NCBI GenBank assembly: GCA_002068205.1
Contig: MVZB01000002.1
Location: 1 to 37,097 of the forward strand
Reading direction: 5' to 3'
DNA length: 37,097 nucleotides
From: a candidate division BRC1 bacterium ADurb.BinA292
GTDB lineage: Bacteria; Sumerlaeota; Sumerlaeia; MVZB01
Below, one piece after another: positions 28,049-36,588 of this stretch (position 1 is the first letter of the stretch; each line of letters begins with the position of its first letter). A model generated the notes under the pieces. It was given only the letters and a program-made list of their open reading frames with translations. It made no database searches and was not told where the DNA came from. Position numbers and translations under genes: made by a program.

Positions 28049-28196
28049 TGCGTCCCTCGGCCTCGTCATCGCCCCCATCGGACCCAGGAGTTCGGCGCTC
28101 GGCTCTCGAAATCCGGAAACCTGGGAACGCCACTCTCCTGAGTGGCCTTGCCCCCAACGGCCCTCCACCAAAAACTCGGTCCTCGGCTCTCGAAAA
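28049..28196 (+). repeat. Intergenic short-repeat cluster of the same family as 9752-9845
   Basis: CGTCCCTCGGCCTCG at 28051-28065 (one mismatch to the 9755 and 9820 copies). CTCGGCTCTCGAA at 28098-28110 and 28182-28194. Confidence 0.7.
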
Positions 28197-28459
28197 ACCC
28201 GCGTTGCGTCGCCTTCGGGTTCATACCGGGGTCAGGTTCAGGAGGGCATGTCAGGCGGCCTATTTTTTCGCACAAAAGCCTTGCGCACCCCCCGCGGCCG
28301 CGCTAGATTTGTTGACGCGGAACTCGGTTATTCATCCTTGAATCCTCCAGTTTTAACCCGGGAGTCGCCTCGCTCCTTGCCGTCCGGCCCGATGGCCGGG
28401 CCCGCATCGTGCCGCCTCTTCGGCGCGGCACCTTCACCTTCCCACGGGAGAGTCCTACC

Positions 28460-29650
28460 ATGGCCAGCAATCGCGGGGTCGTTTATCTCAAGCAGCGCCA
28501 CGTCGAGGTCCAGAGCATCGATTACCCCAAACTCGCCCTCGGCAACCGCAAGTGCGAACACGGCGTGATCCTCAAGATCATCACCACCAATATCTGCGGC
28601 AGCGACCAGCACATGGTCCGCGGCCGCACCACCGCCCCTCCCGGCCTCGTCCTCGGCCACGAGATCACCGGCGAGGTCATCGAGTGCGGACGCGATGTCG
28701 AATTCATCAAGCAGGGCGACATCGTCTCGGTGCCGTTCAACATCGCCTGCGGCCGCTGCCGCAACTGCAAGGAAGGCAAGACCGGCATCTGCCTCAACGT
28801 CAATCCCGCCCGCCCCGGCGCCGCCTATGGCTACGTCGACATGGGCGGCTGGGTCGGCGGCCAGGCCGAATACGTCATGGTCCCCTATGCCGACTTCAAC
28901 CTGCTCAAATTTCCCGACAAGGACCAGGCGATGGCGAAGATCCGCGACCTGACGCTCCTGTCGGACATCTTCCCCACCGGCTACCACGGCGCGGTGACCG
29001 CCGGGGTCGGCCCCGGCGCGATCGTCTACGTCGCCGGCGCCGGGCCGGTCGGCCTGGCCTGCGCCGCCTCCTGCCAGTTGCTGGGGGCCGCCTGCGTCAT
29101 CGTCGGCGACATGATCCCCGAGCGCCTGGAGCAGGCCCGCCGCTTCGGCTGCGAGACGATCGACCTGCGCCAGAAGGCCTCGCTCGCCGAACAGGTCGAG
29201 CAGATCACCGGCGAACCCGAGGTCGATTACGCCGTTGACTGCGTCGGCTTCGAGGCGCGCGGCCACGGCGCCAACGCCAACACCGAACAGCCCGCCACCG
29301 TGCTCAACGCCGTTATGGACATCACCCGCGCCGGCGGCGGCATCGGCATCCCGGGCCTCTACGTCACCGGCGATCCGGGCGGCGTCGACGAGAACGCCAA
29401 GATCGGCATGCTCGGCATCCGCATCGGCCTGGGCTGGGCCAAGTCGCACCACTTCCACACCGGCCAGTGCCCGGTGATGAAGTACAACCGCCAGCTGATG
29501 AACGCGATCCTTTACGACAAGATCCAGATCGCCGACGCGGTCAACGTCACGCTGATCTCGCTCGACGACGCGCCGAAGGGCTACGACGAGTTCGACAAGG
29601 GCGCCGCGAAGAAGTACGTGATCGACCCGCACGGTTCGGTCGCCGCCTGA
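28460..29650 (+). CDS. fdhA: Glutathione-independent formaldehyde dehydrogenase (zinc-type ADH superfamily)
   Basis: ORF 28409-29650; ATG 28460 follows GGGAGAG. TTNICGSDQHMVRGRT, LGHEITGEV, structural-zinc CGRCRNCKEGKTGIC, GAGPVGL, and full-length resemblance to Pseudomonas FdhA, including GDPGGVDENAK and the HTGQCPVMKYN region. Confidence 0.92.
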   Translation: MASNRGVVYLKQRHVEVQSIDYPKLALGNRKCEHGVILKIITTNICGSDQHMVRGRTTAPPGLVLGHEITGEVIECGRDVEFIKQGDIVSVPFNIACGRCRNCKEGKTGICLNVNPARPGAAYGYVDMGGWVGGQAEYVMVPYADFNLLKFPDKDQAMAKIRDLTLLSDIFPTGYHGAVTAGVGPGAIVYVAGAGPVGLACAASCQLLGAACVIVGDMIPERLEQARRFGCETIDLRQKASLAEQVEQITGEPEVDYAVDCVGFEARGHGANANTEQPATVLNAVMDITRAGGGIGIPGLYVTGDPGGVDENAKIGMLGIRIGLGWAKSHHFHTGQCPVMKYNRQLMNAILYDKIQIADAVNVTLISLDDAPKGYDEFDKGAAKKYVIDPHGSVAA

Positions 29651-29716
29651 CGCGGCCGGTGCGTTGAGATGACATCGCGGGAGGCGCGGGCGAAGCCCGC
29701 CCCACCCCGGGAATTG

Positions 29717-29756
29717 AAGAGGGCAGCGGTCCACCAGCCGCTGCCCTTCTTGTTTG
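29717..29756 (+). terminator. Rho-independent terminator after fdhA
   Basis: AAGAGGGCAGCGG (29717-29729) pairs with CCGCTGCCCTTCT (29738-29750; one bulged T). The loop is TCCACCAG, followed by TGTTTG. Confidence 0.75.
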
Positions 29757-29783
29757 AAAGGGCGGGAAAAGGCAACGGAGTCC

Positions 29784-29873
29784 AGGGACGCTGGGGACGC
29801 TGCGGAACGTGAGAAATGCAGGAACGCGGGGGACGCGGGCAAGGCGAGTAACGCAGGAAACGTGGGGAGCGTG
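29784..29873 (+). repeat. Degenerate 9-bp periodic array (about 10 units, consensus RGGRACGYG)
   Basis: AGGGACGCT GGGGACGCT GCGGAACGT GAGAAATGC AGGAACGCG GGGGACGCG GGCAAGGCG AGTAACGCA GGAAACGTG GGGAGCGTG, in register. It lies between convergent genes. Confidence 0.6.
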
Positions 29874-29937
29874 TGAAACCCCGGAGCCGTCGCCCCATTT
29901 CCCATTCCGTCATTACGCCGGCGGCGGAGTGGAAAGC

Positions 29938-30243
29938 TCACTCGCGCGCCGGGCGGAACAGCGGCGCGAGCCGCCACGGCCCGGGCAGCCAGCGGCGCAG
30001 CAGGGCGGCTGTGGTCGTGAGGCCAGGGGATGCGCCGCCGAATTGCGTCGGCACGCCGCTCAGGAGTCCCCCATGCTGAACGTACTGGCGCCACTCCTTC
30101 ACTCCGGTCTCGACGGGCATGGCGGTGGGATGAAACTCGAGGGAGCCGATTCGCAGCCAATGGGTGATGGTCGTGGGCTCCTCAAAGTACGGGGGGCTTG
30201 AGTCGTGACGCTGAAAATACTCAGGCGAGACGCACCGTCCCAC
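29938..30243 (-). CDS. Hypothetical small protein (101 aa)
   Basis: GTG start 7 bp after the amidohydrolase stop. G/C-rich third positions across most of the ORF. EPTTITHWLRIGSLEFHPTAMPVETGVKEWRQYVQHGG looks protein-like. No family recognised, and the Arg-rich tail is doubtful. Confidence 0.35.
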   Translation of the reverse strand: MGRCVSPEYFQRHDSSPPYFEEPTTITHWLRIGSLEFHPTAMPVETGVKEWRQYVQHGGLLSGVPTQFGGASPGLTTTAALLRRWLPGPWRLAPLFRPARE

Positions 30244-30249
30244 CAGCGA

Positions 30250-31098
30250 TCACGATGAAGGGACCTGATTGGGCGTGGGCGGGGCCGCTTGCGCCTCGCG
30301 CGCATCCTCCGCCAGCAATTCCCGCGCGTTCGCCGACAGGATCCACTCCTCCTGGCGCGGGTCCAGCTCCAGCGCGCGCAGGCGCGCGAGCGTCCGCGCC
30401 GGATCGGACCACGGCGCGTCGGTGGCGAACAGCACGCGGCGCGCGCCGTGGCGTTCGATCAGGTCACGCGCCGCCGCCGGCGTCAGGAATTCCAGCGACG
30501 AGGACAGATCGAGCCAGCACGGCCGGCCGACCAGATCCGCCCGCGCGCGCTCCCAGTCCATCCAGCCCCCCAGGTGCGCCGCCACCAGTTTGAGCCCGGG
30601 GTGGCGCGCGACGACGCGCGCCGTGGCGGCCGGCGTCGCCAGCGGGTCGCGGGGAAAAGCGACGTCGTAGCCCGCGTGCAGCAGGACGATCAGGCCGTTC
30701 GCCCGCGCCGCGTCGTAGATCGGGTCCAGCCGCGCCTCGTCGACCGTGAACCGCTGGTAGAACGGATGCAGCTTGATGCCCGCCAGCCCTGCCGCGGCGA
30801 TCGCCTCGACGCGCCGGACCGCCTCCCCGTCGTCGGGATGCACCGAGGCGAACGGGATAATCCGATCGGAGGCGATCCGGAGCGACCAGTCAAGGATCGG
30901 CCCAGCGTGCGCCGGTTTGGTCGCGATCGAGGCGACGACCGCCCGGTCGACGCCCGCCGCGTCCATCAGCCGGAGCAGGCCACCGAGCGTGCCGTCGTGA
31001 TGCGGGCGGAAGGCATCGCCCGCCGCCGGCGCCAGTTGCGCCATCGCCCGCTCGGCGAGGCCGTCGGGAAACGCGTGGGTATGGAAGTCAATGATCAT
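30250..31098 (-). CDS. Amidohydrolase-2 type metal-dependent TIM-barrel hydrolase
   Basis: MIIDFHTHAFP (HxH metal motif), GIKLHP, VLLHAG and LFATDAPW. Confidence 0.82.
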   Translation of the reverse strand: MIIDFHTHAFPDGLAERAMAQLAPAAGDAFRPHHDGTLGGLLRLMDAAGVDRAVVASIATKPAHAGPILDWSLRIASDRIIPFASVHPDDGEAVRRVEAIAAAGLAGIKLHPFYQRFTVDEARLDPIYDAARANGLIVLLHAGYDVAFPRDPLATPAATARVVARHPGLKLVAAHLGGWMDWERARADLVGRPCWLDLSSSLEFLTPAAARDLIERHGARRVLFATDAPWSDPARTLARLRALELDPRQEEWILSANARELLAEDAREAQAAPPTPNQVPSS

Positions 31099-31129
31099 GC
31101 CGGTCGTGGATCGTGGCCGAAATCCGTAG

Positions 31130-32242
31130 TCAGCCGCCCGTCGGCTCCGATGCGCCGGGCGCTTCGCCCAGCGCCGCTTCGAGCGCCTGGCGGGCGTCGG
31201 CGATCGCCCGGTCGCGGACGGCCTCGTAATCGGCGCCGGTCAGGTACGCGCCCGCCGCCGCCGGGTGGCCGCCGCCTCCCAGCGCGGTCGCCAGCGCCGA
31301 GACGTTGACCGCGCCGTCGGAACGGTAATTGATCCGCATCGCGCCGTCGGGCAGCTCGTGGAACAGCAGCCCGAGCCGCACGCCGCGCACCGCGCGAAGC
31401 TGATCGGCCAGGTTCTCCGGGGCATGCTGCTCGCCGCCGACGCGGGCATAGTCGGCGCGGCGCAGCTCGCTCCAGCTCAGCCGGCCGCCGCACAGCAGCC
31501 GGATGCGGCTGAGCACGGTCCCCAGCAGCGACAGCCCCTCGAACGTCTGGCTGCCCCAGGCCAGGCGGGCGATCCCATCGGGCCGGGCGCCCGCCTCGAC
31601 CAGTTCGGCCGCCACGCGCAACTGCGTCGCCCCCGTATTGTTGAACCGGAACGAGCCGGTGTCGGTCATCAGGCCGAGCAGCAGCGCCTCGGCCAGGTCG
31701 CAATCGATCCGCGCGGCGGCGCGTCGCGCCAGCCAGAAGAGCATCTCGCACACCGAACTGCACGCCGGCTCGATCCAGTTGATTTCGCCGAAGCGCGTGT
31801 TGCCGGCGTGATGGTCGATGTTGACGATCGGCGCGCCGGGCGTCCAACCCGGCAGGCCGCGGGCCAGGTCGGCGGTGTCGACGAAGACGACCAGGTCGGG
31901 CCGCCAACCGGCCGGCCGCTCGGCGATCCGTTCGAAGCCCGTCAGTTCATCATAGGCCGAGATCGGGATCGCCGCCGCCGCCAGCGCGTGTTCGATCCCC
32001 CACCGGCCCAGCAGGTGGTGCATGGCCAGCAGCGCGCCGATGCAGTCGCCGTCGGGCCGCACGTGACCGACGACTTGGACGCGCCGCGCGCCGCGGATCC
32101 GGTTCACCGCGGCATCGAGGGATGGGAGGTCAAGCTCAGGAGGAAGGGAAAGAGTGGGGAGGGCGGGCGAATCGGCCGGGTCCGGCGCGCCGGCCGTCGG
32201 CCCGGGTTGCGGCGATGTCGGTGCTTGATCCGCGCCGTGCAA
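31130..32242 (-). CDS. nrnA: DHH/DHHA1 phosphoesterase (NrnA-type oligoribonuclease / pAp phosphatase)
   Basis: GHVRPDGDCIGA (motif I), NIDHHAGN (DHH), DTGSFRFNNT and GGGGHPAAAG (DHHA1). The track start is a TTG abutting the hfq stop. The true start may be downstream, for example the GTG at LDAAVNRIR. Confidence 0.8.
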   Translation of the reverse strand: MHGADQAPTSPQPGPTAGAPDPADSPALPTLSLPPELDLPSLDAAVNRIRGARRVQVVGHVRPDGDCIGALLAMHHLLGRWGIEHALAAAAIPISAYDELTGFERIAERPAGWRPDLVVFVDTADLARGLPGWTPGAPIVNIDHHAGNTRFGEINWIEPACSSVCEMLFWLARRAAARIDCDLAEALLLGLMTDTGSFRFNNTGATQLRVAAELVEAGARPDGIARLAWGSQTFEGLSLLGTVLSRIRLLCGGRLSWSELRRADYARVGGEQHAPENLADQLRAVRGVRLGLLFHELPDGAMRINYRSDGAVNVSALATALGGGGHPAAAGAYLTGADYEAVRDRAIADARQALEAALGEAPGASEPTGG

Positions 32243-32707
32243 TCAGGCTTCCTTTTTCTCGCCGACCTGGACCTGCGACAAGTCGATCGTGTTGAATTTT
32301 TCGTCGCGCTCGCGGTCGCGCGGCGGCTGGCCGCGATGGCCGGCGTCGCCTTCGCGCGGCGCGCCGCCGCGACGCCCCCGGCCGCCCCCTTCGCCTTCGC
32401 CGCGCGGCCGGCCGCGTTCGCCCGCGTCGCCTTCCGCCCGGTGCCGTCCGCGCTCGCCGCGACCATGGCCCCCCTCGTGCCCCCCGCCGTTGCCGGCCAC
32501 GGGGCGCTGCGAGATGATCTGGCTGATCGCGTGCTTGTAGATCAGATGCTGCGAGCCCGCGGCATTGAGGATCACCGTGAAATTGTCGAAGCCGCGCACC
32601 TGCCCATTGAGCCGGGTTCCATCCAACAGAACGATCGTGATGTCCGTATTATCCTTGCGGACCTGGTTCAGGTAGCTGTCTTGCAGATTCATAACCGACT
32701 TCGCCAT
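32243..32707 (-). CDS. hfq: RNA chaperone Hfq with a long Arg/Gly/Glu-rich C-terminal extension
   Basis: ORF 32243-32905; probable ATG at 32707 with AAGGAA upstream. Sm core LQDSYLNQVRKDNTDITIVLLDGTRLNGQVRGFDNFTVILNAAGSQHLIYKHAISQI. The tail is about 85 aa. Confidence 0.9.
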   Translation of the reverse strand: MAKSVMNLQDSYLNQVRKDNTDITIVLLDGTRLNGQVRGFDNFTVILNAAGSQHLIYKHAISQIISQRPVAGNGGGHEGGHGRGERGRHRAEGDAGERGRPRGEGEGGGRGRRGGAPREGDAGHRGQPPRDRERDEKFNTIDLSQVQVGEKKEA

Positions 32708-33067
32708 GAGAGCCTGTGTTCCTTTGTCGCCGCCAGAGCCGGGCGCGCGAGCCATCGCGTTCGCATCGCCGCCGACCGGGCAGAATGAGCCAATCATCAA
32801 ACCGGCTCGGGTGCAAAAACTCAAGCCCAATCGGGTTTTGCCGCCGTCGACCCTTGATCTTTCCGAAGTTGCGGCGCCGGACGGACCGGCGCGCGCCCGG
32901 GTCAATCGCCGGATTGGGGCGGTCGGACGGGCCGCCGGAACCGCCGAACCTGTTGTCGCTGGGGGAATTCCCGGGCCGGATCAGGGGTCTCCCACGCGCG
33001 GGGGGCCGCGGGCGGGGCGTGCAAACGCTGATTAGAGCTTATATCGCCGGCGCAACTTGTCACCCTG

Positions 33068-34030
33068 TTATCGCGCCGCGCCGCATTCGGCCAGCAGCCG
33101 CCGGGCAAGCCAGGCCAGGTCGGCAACCCGTTCACCCGCGTCGCCATCGCCCGCCGGCAGCCAGATCGCCGGCCGCTCGCGCCGGAACCAGACCATCTGG
33201 CGCTTGGCGAACTGGACCGTCGCCGTCGCGATCCGCTCCGCCAGCGCATCGCGGGAGAGCTCGCCGCGCAGGTGCGCGATGATCTCGCGGTAGCCCAGCG
33301 CGCGGAAACAGTGCGCCTCGGGGGGATTCCCCCGCGCCAGCAGCTCGGCGACCTCGTCGATCCAGCCGGCCGCCAGCATCGCGTCCGCCCGCCGGGCGAT
33401 CCGTTCGCGCAACCTGTCGCGCCGCTCGAACAGCACGACGAGCAGATGCGGGAAGCGCGGCGCCGGCGCCGACCATTGGCGTTGCAGCTCGCTCAGCCGC
33501 CGCCCGGTCAGCACGTGAACCTCGAGCGCCCGCACGATCCGCACCGCGTCGTTGGGGGCGATCCGTTCGGCCGCGGCCGGATCGACCCGGGCCAGCCGCG
33601 CATGGAGCGCCGCCGGGCCAGCCTGGCGGGCCTCCGCCGCCAGCGCCGCGCGGACCGCCTCATCGCGCCCGCCCCCCTCGAACAGGCCCCAGCGCAGCGC
33701 CCGCAGATACAGTCCGGTGCCGCCGACAAAGACCGGCAAGCGCCCGCGCGCGTGGATCTCGCGGCGGAGCTGGTCAGCGCGCTCGACAAACCGCCGCGCG
33801 TCGAAGCGCTCGGTCGGGTCCAGCTCGCCGACCAGATGCGTCGGCACGCGACGCCGTTCCTCGGCTGACGGCTGGGCGGTGCCGATCGCCAGCCCGCGGT
33901 AGATCTGCATCGAGTCGGCCGAAACGATCTCCAGCGGCAGCTCGTCGGCCAGCCGCAGGGCGAGCGCCGACTTGCCGATGCCCGTCGGGCCCGACAGCAG
34001 CAACGCGGGGAGGCGGGCGGGCTCGGCCAT
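33068..34030 (-). CDS. miaA: tRNA dimethylallyltransferase
   Basis: LLLSGPTGIGKSALALRLA P-loop, SADSMQIYRGLAIGTAQPS and VGGTGLYLRAL. The classic miaA-hfq synteny is present. Confidence 0.95.
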   Translation of the reverse strand: MAEPARLPALLLSGPTGIGKSALALRLADELPLEIVSADSMQIYRGLAIGTAQPSAEERRRVPTHLVGELDPTERFDARRFVERADQLRREIHARGRLPVFVGGTGLYLRALRWGLFEGGGRDEAVRAALAAEARQAGPAALHARLARVDPAAAERIAPNDAVRIVRALEVHVLTGRRLSELQRQWSAPAPRFPHLLVVLFERRDRLRERIARRADAMLAAGWIDEVAELLARGNPPEAHCFRALGYREIIAHLRGELSRDALAERIATATVQFAKRQMVWFRRERPAIWLPAGDGDAGERVADLAWLARRLLAECGAAR

Positions 34031-34049
34031 CGCGCGGCGTCCGGCCGGC

Positions 34050-34436
34050 TCAGTCCGCGAACAGCGCTTCGTCTTCGTCGCGCAGCAGGACCAGAATCGC
34101 CGACTGCGGCACGATCAGATACGTCTCGCCCTCGTATTTGATCTCGACGGTGGCCTTGCGCAGAAAGAGCGCCAGGTCGCCCACCTTGGCCTGCATCGGG
34201 ATGTAGCGCGGGCGGCGCTCGACTTGGCGCCAGGACTCGTCGTGGTCCTCCTCGCCGAACGGCATCGGCGTGCCCGGACCGATCGCCACGACGCGGCCCG
34301 AGTTGACCTGCGCCCGGTCGGCCACCGTCTGCGGCAGGATCAGGCCCGAATCGGTCCGTTCGTCCCCGGTCTGCGGCTTGATCAGCACGCGGTCGCCCAC
34401 GACCAGCAGTTGCCGTTTGCCTGGTGAAATATTCAT
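34050..34436 (-). CDS. GroES/Cpn10-like protein (atypical, with an internal insertion)
   Basis: GDRVLIKP...TDSGLILP...GRVVAIGPG...KVGDLALF...EYLIVPQSAILVLL follows the GroES pattern. About 25 extra residues (TPMPFGEEDHDESWRQVERRPRYIPM) sit in the roof-hairpin region. No groEL is adjacent. Confidence 0.65.
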   Translation of the reverse strand: MNISPGKRQLLVVGDRVLIKPQTGDERTDSGLILPQTVADRAQVNSGRVVAIGPGTPMPFGEEDHDESWRQVERRPRYIPMQAKVGDLALFLRKATVEIKYEGETYLIVPQSAILVLLRDEDEALFAD

Positions 34437-34554
34437 CGTCTCCTCCTCCGCCCATTCTCCGCGCGAATTGGTCCCTGGGCCGGGGGCGTTCGCAGCAACC
34501 CGGTTTATTCTAGCAGGGAGGGGCCGCCAGGGACAGCAGGGACGCTAGCGATGA

Positions 34555-36039
34555 GTGCAGGAGTGCGGCCTCGCCATTGTCGGCGCTGCTCCTCCCCGCC
34601 ACTTTGGCCGTGCGGGCCATCTGGCGGGCGGGCGGGGGCTCTGCTACGATACGGCCGTGGATCTGTTCGACGACAAACCCGAGCCGCCCGAACCCGCCGA
34701 CGGCGGCGGCGAGCGCCCGGCCGCGCACCAGCCGCTGGCCGAGCGGATGCGGCCGCGCTCGTTCGACGACTGGATCGGCCAGGCCGAGGTCGCCGGGCCG
34801 GACTCGCCGCTGCGGCGCATGCTGGCCCGCGGCGCGCTCCACTCCCTCATCCTGTGGGGGCCGCCCGGCTGCGGCAAGACGACGCTGGCGCGCCTCATCG
34901 CCGGCCAGACCGACATGGCTTTCCAGCCGCTGAGCGCCGTCATCAGCGGCATCAAGGAGGTCAAGGCCGTCATCGACCAGGCGAAGGCCCGGCTCGCGCT
35001 CAAGAACCGCCGCACGATCCTGTTCATCGACGAGATCCACCGGTTCAACAAGGCGCAGCAGGACGCCTTTCTGCCGCACGTCGAGAACGGAACGATCCTG
35101 CTGATCGGCGCGACGACGGAGAATCCCTCGTTTTCGGTCATCGCCCCGCTCCTGTCGCGCTGCCGCGTGCTGACGCTGCGACCGCTCGACGTGGGCGAGC
35201 TGGTGACGCTGCTCGAGCGCGCGCTGCGCGACGCCGAACGCGGGCTGGGCGCCGGCGGCTGGCGCGCGGAGCCCGAAGTGCTGGAGCGCATCGCGGGGCT
35301 GAGCGACGGCGACGCCCGCCGCGCCCTCTCGCTGCTCGAACAGTGCGTGGCGCTGGCCGAGGCCGACCCAAGCCTGCTGGCCGGAGACGCGCGCAAGCTC
35401 ACGGTCGCGAGCCTGGCGGCGATGCTCGAGCGCAAGCATCTGCTCTACGATCGCGGCGGCGAAGAACACTTCAACCTGATCAGCGCGTTCCACAAGAGCA
35501 TGCGCGCCTCCGACCCCCAAGGCGCCGTCTATTGGCTGTTCCGCATGCTCGAAGCGGGCGAGGACCCGCTGTGGATCGCGCGGCGCATCCTGGCGGCCGC
35601 CTCCGAGGACGTCGGCATGGCCGATCCGCAGGCGCTGCAGGTGGCCGTGGCGGCGTATCAGGCGTTCCAGGCGCTCGGCCTGCCGGAAGGGGAATTGCCG
35701 CTGACGCACGCGGCGATCTACGTCGCGACGGCGCCCAAAAGCAACAGCGTGAACGTGGCGCGCGGCCAGGCGCGCGACGCCGTCCGGCGCCACGGCAGTC
35801 TGCCCGTGCCGCTGCACCTGCGCAACGCCCCGACCGGCTTGATGAAGCAGTTGGGCTACGGGCGCGAGTACCTGTATGACCACGACCAGCCCGATCATTT
35901 CTCCGGCCAGCCGACGCTGCCCGACGAACTGGAAGCGCAAGAGGTGAAATTCTACGAGCCGGGCCAGTTCGGGTTTGAAAAGGAAATCCGCAAACGCATG
36001 GATTGGTGGGACGCCAAACGCGCGGAACGGCGCAGCTGA
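34555..36039 (+). CDS. rarA: Replication-associated recombination protein A (AAA+ ATPase)
   Basis: [41 protein letters not shown], and the C-terminal MgsA motifs HFNLISAFHKSMRASD and PLHLRNAPT. The track start is 34555; the in-frame GTG at 34657 (VDLFDD) is a plausible true start. Confidence 0.93.
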   Translation: MQECGLAIVGAAPPRHFGRAGHLAGGRGLCYDTAVDLFDDKPEPPEPADGGGERPAAHQPLAERMRPRSFDDWIGQAEVAGPDSPLRRMLARGALHSLILWGPPGCGKTTLARLIAGQTDMAFQPLSAVISGIKEVKAVIDQAKARLALKNRRTILFIDEIHRFNKAQQDAFLPHVENGTILLIGATTENPSFSVIAPLLSRCRVLTLRPLDVGELVTLLERALRDAERGLGAGGWRAEPEVLERIAGLSDGDARRALSLLEQCVALAEADPSLLAGDARKLTVASLAAMLERKHLLYDRGGEEHFNLISAFHKSMRASDPQGAVYWLFRMLEAGEDPLWIARRILAAASEDVGMADPQALQVAVAAYQAFQALGLPEGELPLTHAAIYVATAPKSNSVNVARGQARDAVRRHGSLPVPLHLRNAPTGLMKQLGYGREYLYDHDQPDHFSGQPTLPDELEAQEVKFYEPGQFGFEKEIRKRMDWWDAKRAERRS

Positions 36040-36516
36040 CAGCCCCATTGCTTGTTCTCGTCCGATTCCCGACCGCCGCCGACTCAATCCCGTCAACAGC
36101 CGCCAGCGTGAGCCGCCCCGTCTCCGAAGGGTGCGAATCTCCGCCAGACAGAAGCCGGGCCTCTGTTTTCATCCTTTCAGAATAACGCCGAAGACGTCGG
36201 GAAAAGCTCAGTCAAATATCACCTCTCATCTCACATACAGGCGATCGGATCGAGCCGTTCTGCCCTCCCTGCGGGCTCTTTCCGTTCTTGGTTCCCGGGT
36301 TTCCGCCACTGAACTGGCAGGCTGAGGTATGCCCTCCCTGCCGGGACTGGCTTGCTGATCGAATCGGCAAGGCCTCGGCCGTTCGAATTTCAGATCCACT
36401 TTCGGCGCCTCCGCGTCTCTGTGTGAGATCATTTTCCTTGTTTTCAGAACGGCCTGGTCTCGTGAAGTCCCAGCACGTCCTCCGCGTTTTTTTCATCCTC
36501 CGCCGTCGCGCAACGC

Positions 36517-36546
36517 TTGACTGGCGGATTTCTGCTGGCATGATAA
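36517..36546 (+). promoter_or_regulatory. Candidate promoter for the solute-binding protein gene
   Basis: TTGACT (36517-36522), 18-nt spacer, TGATAA (36541-36546), about 45 nt upstream of ATG 36589. Motif match only. Confidence 0.3.
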
Positions 36547-36588
36547 GGACCCCAGGGTCCGTAGTCAGGAGCCAAACCGATCGATCTT

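Noticed and set aside
36375-36395. GTTCGAAT, a tRNA T-loop-like sequence
   Set aside because: The flanks do not form a T stem, and no acceptor, D or anticodon arms can be drawn. I found no tRNA in any intergenic region of the window.
36228-36429. 8-bp long-range complement ATCTCACA / TGTGAGAT that could close a ~200-nt RNA domain
   Set aside because: One perfect 8-mer complement within about 500 bp is roughly what chance predicts. It is not used as evidence.
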